A DNA stretch of 54,768 nt from Prorocentrum cordatum (taxonomy: Eukaryota): the NCBI GenBank assembly GCA_963575745.1, contig CAUYUJ010000213.1, forward strand, positions 62,001 through 116,768. The letters run 5' to 3'. Shown piece after piece: positions 38,281 through 48,000 of this stretch (positions are counted from its first letter, which is position 1; each line of letters opens with the position of its first letter). The notes under the pieces were generated by a model that worked only from the letters and a program-made list of their open reading frames with translations, ran no database searches and was not told where the DNA came from. Position numbers and translations under genes: made by a program.

Positions 38281-40179
38281 GCCTCCTCCTCCTCCTCCTC
38301 CTCTTCCTCGTCCTCCTCCTCCTCTTCCTCCACCTCCCCCTCCTCCTCCCCCTCCCCCGTATCGCCACCCGTCGTCGCCGCCGGCCTCGGCGTCGCCAGC
38401 ATCCACCACGGGGCAATCACCCATCTTCTTGATGAGGCGCAGCACCTCTCTGAGAGAAACACCTGCAACGTTCAAATCAAGGAACAACGTGCGATCTAAG
38501 AAACTCTGTTTTGTTTGCACAAGGTCGACAACAAACTTTGTGAACGCAACGGTTTCGGCTCCATGCAAACCTATCTGGTGGTGGTACGACGAGCCAATCA
38601 TAGAAGTCGTTAGATTTTGGACCCGTGTATGGTCCTTGCGGCCAGCAGCAACTTCTTTTGCGTACCACCTGAACAATTCCGCACGCAAACTCTTGACCGA
38701 CGCATCGAGCATCACTGATTCTGGTGCGTTGGACACTTGGAACGCATTGGCACTAATGAGGGCGTGAGCAGCACGAGAACAGAAGTATTTGCAGACACCG
38801 AGCGCTACAGTGTGCAGGGTATCCACACCCAGCACATGGGCAGGCACCACGCCCAGACAGACAGAAAACAGCGGGTTCCTATGTCGGGCTGCGGTTTCTT
38901 GCGAACGCCTCCAAAACGTTGCAACGAATGGCCTTGGCCTTGAGAAAAACGAAGACACAAACATCATGCTTGGAGTGGGTTCGAGCCTGTCACCGATTTG
39001 CAAATTCACTCCACCCACGGCCACGTCAGCGACCAACGCCCAACCTCTAGACTTGTCTTTCCGCCTGTCTGGGCGCAACGCGGCTCTAAGCAGAGGGAAT
39101 GTCTCGTCCGTCACGCCAACCGTAATCTCGCAGCGACTGCAGGCGTCAGAATATTGTTGCCAAGTCTTGGCGACATCATTGCCTAAAGCACTGAAGTGGC
39201 GAATGCCTGGAAGCGATGCAGTCGGCAGCGTGCAAAGGGGGCACGGATGTTCAGATGAGCTGCAGCCTGGTAACCCCATGGTCGTTGCATACTCTGCAAT
39301 GTCACACTTGATCAAGATAAGCGCCACGATGAAACCGAGCGGGGTCCCAGCCAGACCAGCTCTATCTGCATCGTCGTCCCAATTACTGCCGTCGTGCCGT
39401 CGATCGGGGTATCTGTTATCAGCGCAAGCCTGGAAAGACCAGCTGAGAAGCGTCATCAGGGGAAGCACCGTGCACCAGCCCAGGCAGCCACACGCGCACA
39501 TTTCAGACTTTCTCAACACAGCCACCAAAATTCGTTTGCCGCTGTGGACTAGATAGGTCCACACGCCCACGAGACCGTCGTGGCGAGCAAAGGGCACTCC
39601 GTCCACGAAGAGCGCAGCAGGCAATACAACAACTCCAGCAGGGGCGCCCTGCACGACAGGGTGATCGTAAAAAGAACGAGGGAGCTTGCCCTGTTCACGA
39701 TCGGCCGCGGCGCGGCGTAACAAGCTGGGGTCGCCCCGAACCTCGTCGACGAAAGCTTCATGAGGCAGAACTGCAGGAAGTCGCAACTCGACGGAAGAAG
39801 CATCTGCACGTAATTGACCAGACGCTGTAAATGTGTACATCGAATCATTACATATATCTTTATTGACCACGCAGTCGAAATGCTTGGAATACGCACCGCT
39901 GCTTTTGTTCGGCCCGAAAGCCAACGACCGTATCTCGCCAAGAGCGCCCGACTTCGAGGCCCAGAATGCGATGATGCAGGCTGTTTTCGCCGAGATCGTG
40001 CCGCTATGTTTCAGGGCGACAATGTAATCAAAGAAACACTCCTGAGCTATGTCAGGTTGAACGTCATCGTAGTCGAAGGCGACGTCTGAGTCTGACCCAG
40101 CGCCGTCCTCGTCAGCATACCTGCGAGCCAACCACGGCGCATCGTCCTCCCAAGGATATTTCGAAGCAGAGCTGGCCAT
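37965..40179 (-). CDS. DDE transposase (CMC/Plavaka-like), ~688 aa, 2 exons: 40179-38386 and 38237-37965
   Basis: Exon 1 motifs: LFVDGVPF (D), IKCDIAEY (D), HPCPLC (CxxC), GVDTLH..LGV. Exon 2 motifs: PKFKHH..HGGP..WEDESLNG (E). Joined in phase 0 by the GAG|GC...CAG|GC intron at 38238-38385. Family assignment is by motif recognition, not a database search. Confidence 0.8.
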
Positions 40180-40207
40180 GCACTGGACTGGCTTGTGTCA
40201 ACGCTGG

Positions 40208-40229
40208 CTTGAGCTAAACTGGCTACGGG
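40208..40229 (-). promoter_or_regulatory. Genomic spliced-leader relic upstream of the transposase
   Basis: Minus strand CCCGTAGCCAGTTTAGCTCAAG; 19/21 to the SL core; 28 nt before ATG 40179. Confidence 0.8.
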
Positions 40230-40471
40230 ATCCCCAGGCTCGGTATGCAGAAGATATGCAGCCAACGTTTGTCAGGCCCCCTGGAGTGGCCAGAGGGGTG
40301 GAGGGGTGGCGATGACGGGGGCAAAGGGGCTCAGGCACGCCCACGCGGCCCCCCCTCGGGCGAGGGGCCACGACGCGAACTTCGGGAGGGGTAGTCTTGC
40401 AAAGCCATACCACATCACAGCAAATATGCGGACCGACGTCAGCTTTCACGCTCGAGATCTGTAGTTCCACG

Positions 40472-40636
40472 AAGTACTAAAATGTACTAAAATGTTCTAG
40501 TACATTCGAAATGTACTAATTAGTACTTGTTGTTCTAAACCTTGATTTCTAGTGTAAATATCAATGTAAACGCAAGTACTAAAAATGTACTAACATGTAC
40601 TAGTACTAAAATGTTCTAAAATGTACTAATTAGAAC
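40472..40636. repeat. AT-rich GTACTAAAAT iterated motif between transposon genes
   Basis: About a dozen GTACTA/GTTCTA copies in both orientations. Confidence 0.8.
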
Positions 40637-41101
40637 TCTCGTGAAATTGGCTCTGGACCAGCGCCCAGGCCAAGAAATCGTTGAACTAGGGCACGTCTGG
40701 TCTGAGCTCCAGTGGGTTCGAGGCGCAGCGGATGGCTGAGGGCACGGGCGAAACCGTTTCACGATCAAATGCCATGGAAATCCTTTGCAGCGCCTGCTCA
40801 CGAGAACGCATTCCGACAGAATGGCGCAGGCCGCTGGCAACACTTGCGTCGACCCCGATCGACGCCCACGGGGGCGGGAGTAGGAGGCGGAGGAAGGTGC
40901 ATGGCAGGAGACTTCCTGCTCGCGTTCCTCCTCCTCCTCCTCCTCCTCCTCCTCCTCCTCCTTCTCCTCCTCCTCCTCCTCCTCCTCCTCCTCCTCCTCC
41001 TCCTCCTCACCCTACTCCTACTCCTCCTCCTCCTCCCCCTACTCCTACTAGTAGTAGGAGGAGGAGGAGGAGGAGGAGGAGAGCTCGCTAGAACGCACGG
41101 T

Positions 41102-42355
41102 TCACTGCGAGGCGCTCCCGTCGTCGTCGTTGTCGATGCGTTGGCGGTGCATGTTCTTCAGCTCGTCAGCGCGCTTCAACAGGGACGCAACCTTCTTCTC
41201 GAACTCATCCAACTTCTTGATCTCCCTCCGCACCACCGTCTCGTCGAGGCCCTTGCGAACCTGCTTCGGGAAATCCTTGCCGTGCATCGCCAGGGTCGCC
41301 CAGAACGAAATCTCCTTCATCGCCTCGACCCTGGCACGCGCCTTTTTCAAAGGCTTCAGTACCTCCTCGTTGTCGGCCCACTTCCATTTAGGGCCCTTGC
41401 CGATGAGGCTCAAGACGTCGGCACACGAAGAGCAGGCCGAGTCCATGTCGATCTTCGCCTTCACGCACTGCTGCAACTTCTTGTCGAGCTCCTTATTGGC
41501 CGCCTTCTTGTCCTCGTCGTCGTCGCAGTGCTCCTCGGGGCCTGGGTCAATAGCTGAGGCCTTGCGCTTCTGCGAGCTGGGCTTCGCGGACGCCTTCGCC
41601 TTCGTCTTCGCCTTCGGGGTTGCACTGGTCGGGGCATCATCACCGCGGCTGCCGCCGCCACTTGGACACAGGCTGATATTGCCAACCGTGGAGTTGTCCA
41701 AATCGATGTCGACATCATCCATTATCTTCCAGCAGTCCTGGACGATGTCGGAAAAGCCAGTCTCCAAGTGCAAGAACTCGCATCGCTTGCTGAAGGCATT
41801 CCACTGGACAAAAGGAACTCCACTGCAAGTAATGTTCTTCCTCCAGAGGGCGATGCACGTACGACAGATGTTCGAGGCAGCCTTGACCGCGCATGGATCG
41901 GAGCCTTCGTCCCTGACAATCACGCTGAACGGCTTGAACTTGCCCTTCTTGAAATTCTCGAAGCTCGTTGTCTGCGTCCTCTGGCGCTTCGCGACCCTCT
42001 TGTCGAGCTCCCTCTTGGCCCAATTCACTTTGAACTCGTCGCGCATGTCCTTTGACTTCTTGGTCTTCTCCCAGTTCTCCTTCAGCTCCTGGTCGCAGCT
42101 CTTCTGGTACATGAACGCCTTCCCGAGTTTGGAGTGGACGTCGAGCGAGCCTGTCTGGATGACGCGCTTGAGGTCCTCCTCCTCAGCCGTTGACGGCGGG
42201 CCTCTGGTCTTGCTGTCCGCCAGCGAGGCCTGCAGCGCCCTGCCAAGCCCGTCCTCGACACCTGCAGCGGTCTGATTCGCCACTGCGCCATCAAGCGCCG
42301 CCAGAGCCTCAGGAGGCACGAGGCTCTCAAGCGTGAGCTCAGGTGGCGAGGACAT
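41102..42355 (-). CDS. Transposon accessory protein, 417 aa, unknown function (basic, C-terminal coiled coil)
   Basis: Intact, complex-composition ORF with GC3-biased codons, inside the TIRs; near-perfect SL copy 45 nt upstream of the ATG. Confidence 0.8.
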   Translation of the reverse strand: MSSPPELTLESLVPPEALAALDGAVANQTAAGVEDGLGRALQASLADSKTRGPPSTAEEEDLKRVIQTGSLDVHSKLGKAFMYQKSCDQELKENWEKTKKSKDMRDEFKVNWAKRELDKRVAKRQRTQTTSFENFKKGKFKPFSVIVRDEGSDPCAVKAASNICRTCIALWRKNITCSGVPFVQWNAFSKRCEFLHLETGFSDIVQDCWKIMDDVDIDLDNSTVGNISLCPSGGGSRGDDAPTSATPKAKTKAKASAKPSSQKRKASAIDPGPEEHCDDDEDKKAANKELDKKLQQCVKAKIDMDSACSSCADVLSLIGKGPKWKWADNEEVLKPLKKARARVEAMKEISFWATLAMHGKDFPKQVRKGLDETVVRREIKKLDEFEKKVASLLKRADELKNMHRQRIDNDDDGSASQ

Positions 42356-42400
42356 GTCTGGGTGAGGAAACGTATCCCAGAAGCTGGCCGACCTCTAGAA

Positions 42401-42422
42401 CGTGAGCCAAAATGGCTACGGA
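42401..42422 (-). promoter_or_regulatory. Genomic dinoflagellate spliced-leader copy (21/22 match)
   Basis: Minus strand reads TCCGTAGCCATTTTGGCTCACG vs DinoSL DCCGTAGCCATTTTGGCTCAAG. Confidence 0.9.
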
Positions 42423-42908
42423 GGAGGATGGTGATGGGGAGATGGAGGAGGAGGATTGTTCCGAATCCACTGGTGAGCTCCAGAGGGCCCGCGAGGAGGA
42501 TTGTTCCGAATCCACTGGTGAGCTCCAGAGGGCCCGCGAGGAGGGGGAGAGCCCCAGGGGAGGAGCGGCTGAAGGTTTCAGCGTCGTTTACGGAGACGGT
42601 CCCCAGGAACATCGAGCCTTGAAAATGTGCTTCTGGACGCCCCCGAAGAAGCCTGGGACTCCAGGCAATTTTCACTCACTACCCGTTTGCTGTCCCGCTG
42701 AACTGAACGAGGAGGAGGAGGAGGAAGAGGAGGAGGAGGGGGGGCGGGGGAAGAGGAGGGGACAGCAGCAGCAGGAATGGAAGCATGACCAGCAGCAGCA
42801 TCTATAACATGTTTTACTCGGCACGTCGGAATGCCATTGCCCTGCAGCAGAGGCTCAAGACGTCGGATCAAGCACTTGTCTCTTTTTTTAGGGCCCCCAG
42901 GCTCGCGA

Positions 42909-44414
42909 CTAAAACGTCTGCGACTCTTCAAAGTCGCACTCGTCCAACTGCAAGGAGCCATCGGCAATGGCCTCGAAGGCCTCGTGAAGGCCCGAGGCCG
43001 GCACGGTGAAGGAGGACGCAGCTGTAGATGTACTCGTAGATGTACTCGTCGGAGCAGCCAGCATCTTCTTGTTAGGCTTGGCGGGGGTGCCATCCACGAC
43101 GGTGCACTTAGTGACGCCAGTCTTCGCCGACATCTTCTGAGTTTTCGTTGCTGGCGCATCAGTCGGGATATCGGTATGTGTTCGCTTACCTGTGGTGTAG
43201 CCGTACTTCGCTATCAACTCGTCCCTCTCGGCGGTCGCTCCATCAGGCGAGATGGTGCCGTCCGCGATCTTGCAACTGATCAGTTTGGAGGTGGCCAAGG
43301 CATTCTGTCGCGATGCTACCATCGCGCGTTTGGTGGGCGTCTTGATGTCCTTCTCGCCCTTGTGCTCAGGCCCCCACTCGTCGTCGATGATGCAGTTCTC
43401 GATGATGAGCTGGCTCAGCTGCGAGCGCTTCTGCTCCTTGCGGGGTTGATCTGCGTTCTCCGCCAAAAAGAGTATCAGCATCTCCTGCTTTCTCGACGTT
43501 GCCTGCTTCCAGGTCTTGTGGATCTCGATGGCCTTGGTCTCGTCATCCTTGCATTTCATGACTCTCAAGGGGCCCCTGTGGCTCTCCCACTCGACGGTCA
43601 TCATCTCGACGTACTCCTTGACTGTGACCTCCTGGACCTCCCGATGCAGCTCCTCGCCGACCGCGGTCTTGCCCCAGCGAGCCTTGACGGCGTCATTATC
43701 CTTCATCTGCGGCTCGATGTAAAGATCCATCGTGTAGTCAATCGCCTTCGGGTCGCTAGAGAGAGCCCTCCAGACAGCCCTCTTCTCGTCGCAGAAGCCG
43801 TAGTGGGTAGCCACTGTTCCAGCCCGCTGGCCAGCGGCCTGGTCGACAAGGGACTTCTCGCCATCGTCCTCGCTTCCGCCGTTGCCTGGGAAACCGAGCT
43901 CGTCTTCGCTGTAGTACTGCGAGCTCTCATCGCCACCTGCCTCCTCCTCCTCCTCATCTGCTGGATCCTCTTCTTCTTCGTCCTCGCCTGCGTCGGCCCC
44001 GTCCTCTGCTGGATCGTCGTCGCCGTCGGCGTGTGTCATTTTCTCCACCCATCTCGGCAGCGTCGGCCTGCGCAACACCTTGGCGTAGTGCTGGCAGACC
44101 AGCATCATGCGCTTGGCGTGCACATGTGTCCACTGTTTCACGTGCTTCTTGTTCAGCGGCTTCTCCCACGTATCTCCGTTGTCGGCAATCTCCTTCAGCG
44201 CCGCTTGGAAATCGGTGATCTTGAAGGCGAGGGGATCGTAGAGGACCTTGAGTTTCTGCAGCCACTGCCTGGTTTTGATGATCTTCTTGACATCCATGAC
44301 CTTGGCGTCCTCTGGGTAGTCCAACCACGTCGCGCACGTCACGCTGTCCTGGATCGCAGCAACAATGGCGGCGACGCCACCTGCGAAAGCCTTCCCTCGA
44401 GGCTTCTTGCCCAT
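42909..44414 (-). CDS. Transposon accessory protein, ~501 aa (MGKKPRGK...), unknown function, central acidic tract
   Basis: Long complex ORF inside the TIRs. Start placed at ATG 44414, downstream of a degenerate SL at 44473-44496, rather than at the ORF-track start of 44693. Confidence 0.75.
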   Translation of the reverse strand: MGKKPRGKAFAGGVAAIVAAIQDSVTCATWLDYPEDAKVMDVKKIIKTRQWLQKLKVLYDPLAFKITDFQAALKEIADNGDTWEKPLNKKHVKQWTHVHAKRMMLVCQHYAKVLRRPTLPRWVEKMTHADGDDDPAEDGADAGEDEEEEDPADEEEEEAGGDESSQYYSEDELGFPGNGGSEDDGEKSLVDQAAGQRAGTVATHYGFCDEKRAVWRALSSDPKAIDYTMDLYIEPQMKDNDAVKARWGKTAVGEELHREVQEVTVKEYVEMMTVEWESHRGPLRVMKCKDDETKAIEIHKTWKQATSRKQEMLILFLAENADQPRKEQKRSQLSQLIIENCIIDDEWGPEHKGEKDIKTPTKRAMVASRQNALATSKLISCKIADGTISPDGATAERDELIAKYGYTTGKRTHTDIPTDAPATKTQKMSAKTGVTKCTVVDGTPAKPNKKMLAAPTSTSTSTSTAASSFTVPASGLHEAFEAIADGSLQLDECDFEESQTF

Positions 44415-44472
44415 GAATCTGGGTGCGTCGCCAACGAAAGCCGAGAGGTACCGAAACCGCGTGGCGCAATCG

Positions 44473-44496
44473 CTTCGAGCCAAAATACGGCGACGG
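44473..44496 (-). promoter_or_regulatory. Degenerate spliced-leader relic upstream of ORF 42909-44414
   Basis: Minus strand CCGTCGCCGTATTTTGGCTCGAAG; SL with one substitution and small insertions; 58 nt before the ATG. Confidence 0.6.
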
Positions 44497-45015
44497 CGAG
44501 GACAGTGGGAAACTGACCAAGGTGAAGTAATGTTGGACATGAGGACATGAGGACATGGCGCGTTCTTTGTCTCTGGCGCGTTGCACATTAATGTGCAACG
44601 CGCCAGAGACAAAGAACGCGCAGGAGCTCCTGGCTGGTCGGGGGTAATACCCCGCTTGCCCGCATATTGCGGGCACCGAACGCCGAAGGACATTTTCCAG
44701 AATCCGTATCCTGAGCCCTTTCAAAGCTCTATTCTGTAGTACTCCATATGCTTCTTTCCTGGCTACAGCTATCCTGAGCAGCCCCCCCCCAACACACACC
44801 ACCACCACCCCACTTTGAACGCTATGTTAAAGCATACGTCCTTTTCAACAGTGACGATTCGTTGTCGACCTTGCAAAATGCGCGTCTACGTCCTTTCAGC
44901 AGTGACGTTTCGTTGTCGACCTTGCAAAATGCGCAAGTAATATGCCATCCATGGAAACACTACCTTTGAACTACACGCAAACAATGATGTCTTAAATTAT
45001 AAGCCCACCCAAAAA

Positions 45016-45068
45016 AAGATAAGCCCAAAACGTGGGGCTCAAAAATCTAAGCCCAAAGACCCTCAGGG
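45016..45068 (-). repeat. Right terminal inverted repeat
   Basis: Exact reverse complement of 35834-35886; TAAGCCCA x3 including the copy at ~45000. Confidence 0.95.
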
Positions 45069-48000
45069 TCTGCGACTGTTCCGACTGGTTGGGCCCGCCG
45101 CAGGAATCGTCTATGGCTTCGCGAGGCGCGGCGGCTACTGGGGCACGGAAGCCTGGCGGGGACTTGCGGGTTGGCGCGGGCCGCGCGGTTGGCCGCCAGG
45201 TAAAGGCCGAGTCGCCTCCAGCAGCTGGGGCGGAGAGGAACGCTGCAATGTGGTAAGCGGGGGCAGGCCCCTCCCGTTGGCGCTCGCCTTCAGACCCGCG
45301 CCCACCCTCGTCCACGAGCGCGCCCCCATCTGTCGCAGCGTGGCCTTCGCCATGTGCGGGAGTGCTGCGGGTCGCACCCGGCCCGGGCACTTTGTCAGAC
45401 ACCGTTTCTTTCGCCAAGACGAGAGTCGCCTTCCTCGGCGTGGCCCGGCCTTCGAGAGGGAGTGGCTGCGGTTCGCTGCCCGTTCGGGCGGATTCGCTGA
45501 CAGGGGAACGAGGGCGAATGGGCGCGAAGGGACTTCTCTGGACAAGCTGGCGGATGGCCTCGATGTCCTGCCTCTGCAAGGCATGTTCGTGATTCCCCAG
45601 CGAGGGGCCTTCGAAAGTGCCAGGGGCGGCGGCGGGCGGAGTCGCAGCGGGGCGTTGATGGGTCTCGCCGCCAACCAGATGCATCGACAGCCCCAGGCTT
45701 TGCAAATAATGGGCTCCGCATCGGCCGTCGGCCACGGGGATGGCCTCGGAGGCGTTGGCTGGAGGGTCTGCGCCGACCGCAAACGCGCGCCCGTCTGTGG
45801 CCCGCGCGCACCTCCAGGAGTCAAGCGAAACCTCCAATCGTGAGCAACCAGGGCCGCTGTCAGTCACACTTTCGCGCACCCCCACGACGCGAGAACTGTG
45901 GCAACTGACGGCCGCGTTTGGATTTACGACCTCTTGGCTGTCTGTTGCGCGCGGAATGTACCCGATTTCCGCAGTGCCGTCCGCAGCATTCCGAACTGCC
46001 GTCGCGATGCTGTTGCCAGGAGAGCGCGCCATTTCGGGCGCATATTCGGCGTCCGCCAAGACTCTGCTCCCAGGGCGCTGGTAGGAGCGAGGGGGCGCAA
46101 TTTCGGCCGCATCTTCCGCCTCAACAACGAGACCGCCCCCGGGGCGCTGATAGGAGTGAGGGGTTGTAGGAACGCCTGCGCGGTTGTCTCCTGGAGGGGA
46201 AGGCACCGGCGCGCTGTGGCTGACGACCGCCTGTTCGGTCTGTAGCACTCCCAGGGGGCTACTGCAGCTGAAGGCCGCACGTTCCAGTGTGAACTCCTGA
46301 CTCTCTATGCTGCGAAGAGGCTCTAGATATCCTCCACCATCCGCTCGGCGAAGCGTCGTGGACCTCCTCTCGGGAGGGGGCTGGTCTCCGAGCGCAGGCG
46401 CACCCTCTGCGGCATCCCCGACTGTCGCCACGATACTGCTGCCGGGGGGGCACGCAATTTCGGCCGCATCTTCCGCCTCAACAACGAGACCGCCCCCGGG
46501 ACGCTGATAGGAGTGAGGGGTTGTAGGAGCGCCTGCTCGGTTGTCTCCTGGAGGGGAAGGCGCCGGCGCGCCGTGGCTGACGACCGCCTGTTCGGTCTGT
46601 AGCTCTCCCTGGGGGCTGCTGCAGCTGAAGGCCGCGCGTTCCAGCGTGAACTCCTGACTCTCTTTGCTGCGAGGAGGCTCGAGATATCCTCCATCATCCG
46701 CTCGGGGAGGCGTCGTGGACCTCAATTCGGGAGGAGGCCGGTCTCCGAGCGCCCGCGCGCCCGCTGCGGCATTCCCGACTATCGCCACGATGCTGTTGCC
46801 AAGGGGGGGCGCAATTTCGGCCACATCTCCCGCCTCAACAACGAGACCGCCCCCGGGACGCTGATAGGATTGAGGGGCTGTAGGAGCGCCTGCGCGTTTG
46901 TCTCCTGGGCGGGAAGGCGCCGGCGCGCTGTGGCTGACGACCGCCTGCTCGGTCTGTAGCTCTCCCAGGGGACTGCTGCAGCTGAAGGCCGCACGTTCCA
47001 GCGTGAACTCCTGACTCTCCATGCTGCGAGGAGGCTCGAGATATCCTCCATCATCCGCTCGGGGAGGCGTCGTGGACCTCCTTTCGGGGGCAGGGCGGTC
47101 TCCGAGCGCAGGCGCGCCCTCTGCGGCATTCCCGACTGTCGCCGCGATACTGTTGCCAGGGGGGCGCGCAATTCGGCCTCATCTTCCGCCTCATCAACGA
47201 GACCGCCCCCGGGACGCTGATGGGAATGAGGGGCTGTAGGAACGCCTGCTTGGTCATTTCTTGGAGGGGAAGGCACCGGCGCGCTGTGGCTGACGACCGC
47301 CTGTTCGGGCCGTAGCACTCCCAGGGGACTGCTGCAAAGGGGATGAGGAGGGTGGAAGGGGGTAGTCAATGAGGGGGGGGACCAAGCAGGGGGGACATGG
47401 GGAGGGAGGGTAGAGGTGGAGGGAAAGAGGGGAAATAGGGGTGAAGGGAGTGAGAGGCGTGAGCAAACAATGCGATGACAGGGAAGGGTAGGGCAAAAGG
47501 GAGGAGATGAGGAGGGAGGGTGGGGGAGGGGGGAGTGAGAATTAGTGAGGGGAAGGGGGCGGGGAAGGGGGGGCGTGGAGGAGGGGAGGGAAAGAGCGGA
47601 GAGAGGCTGAAGGCCGCACGTTCCAGTGTGAACTCCTGGCCCTCGATGTTGCGAGGAGGCTCGAGATATCCTCCACCGTCCGCTCGGGGAGGCGCCGTGG
47701 ACCTCTTCTCGGGAAGAGGCTGGTCTCCGACCGCGGGCGCCCCCTCAGCAGCACCCCCACCTGTCGCCGCGATACTGTTGCCAAGGGGGGGCGCAATTTC
47801 GGCCGCATCTTCCGCCTCACAACGAGACCGCCCCCGGGACGCTGATAGGAGTGAGGGGCTGTGGGAACGCCTGCTTGGTCTCCTGGACGGGAAGGCACCG
47901 GCGCGCTGTGGCTGACGACCGCCTGTTCGGTTTGTAGCTCTCCCAGGGGGCTACTGCAGCTGAAGGCCGCACGTTCCAGCGTGAACTCCTGACTCTCTTT

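Larger units (their letters stand above)
35834..45068 (-). mobile_element. TIR DNA transposon, CMC (CACTA/Mirage/Chapaev)/Plavaka-like, 9,235 bp, three genes
   Basis: Perfect 53-bp inverted repeats at 35834-35886 and 45016-45068 (CCCTGAGGGTCTTTGGGCTTAGATTTTTGAGCCCCACGTTTTGGGCTTATCTT). The terminus fits the CMC 5'-CMCWR consensus. Encloses a DDE-type transposase. No clean TSD. Confidence 0.85.

Noticed and set aside
40240..40920. A fourth transposon gene
   Set aside because: Only short frames, no SL relic, no convincing splice model
42401..42422. SL RNA gene
   Set aside because: SL is followed by a UTR and an ORF rather than a clear SL-RNA intron, and it is not in a tandem SL array
42447..42542. 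48-bp exact tandem duplication upstream of the SL copy
   Set aside because: Real, but likely a simple local duplication with no evidence of function
42831..44516. 561-aa + strand ORF, and 41130-42275 +
   Set aside because: Antisense shadows of the GC3-biased minus-strand genes
47340..47600. G/A-rich interruption of the 357-bp array (also ~48230-48590)
   Set aside because: Looks like low-quality long-read consensus rather than a real insertion
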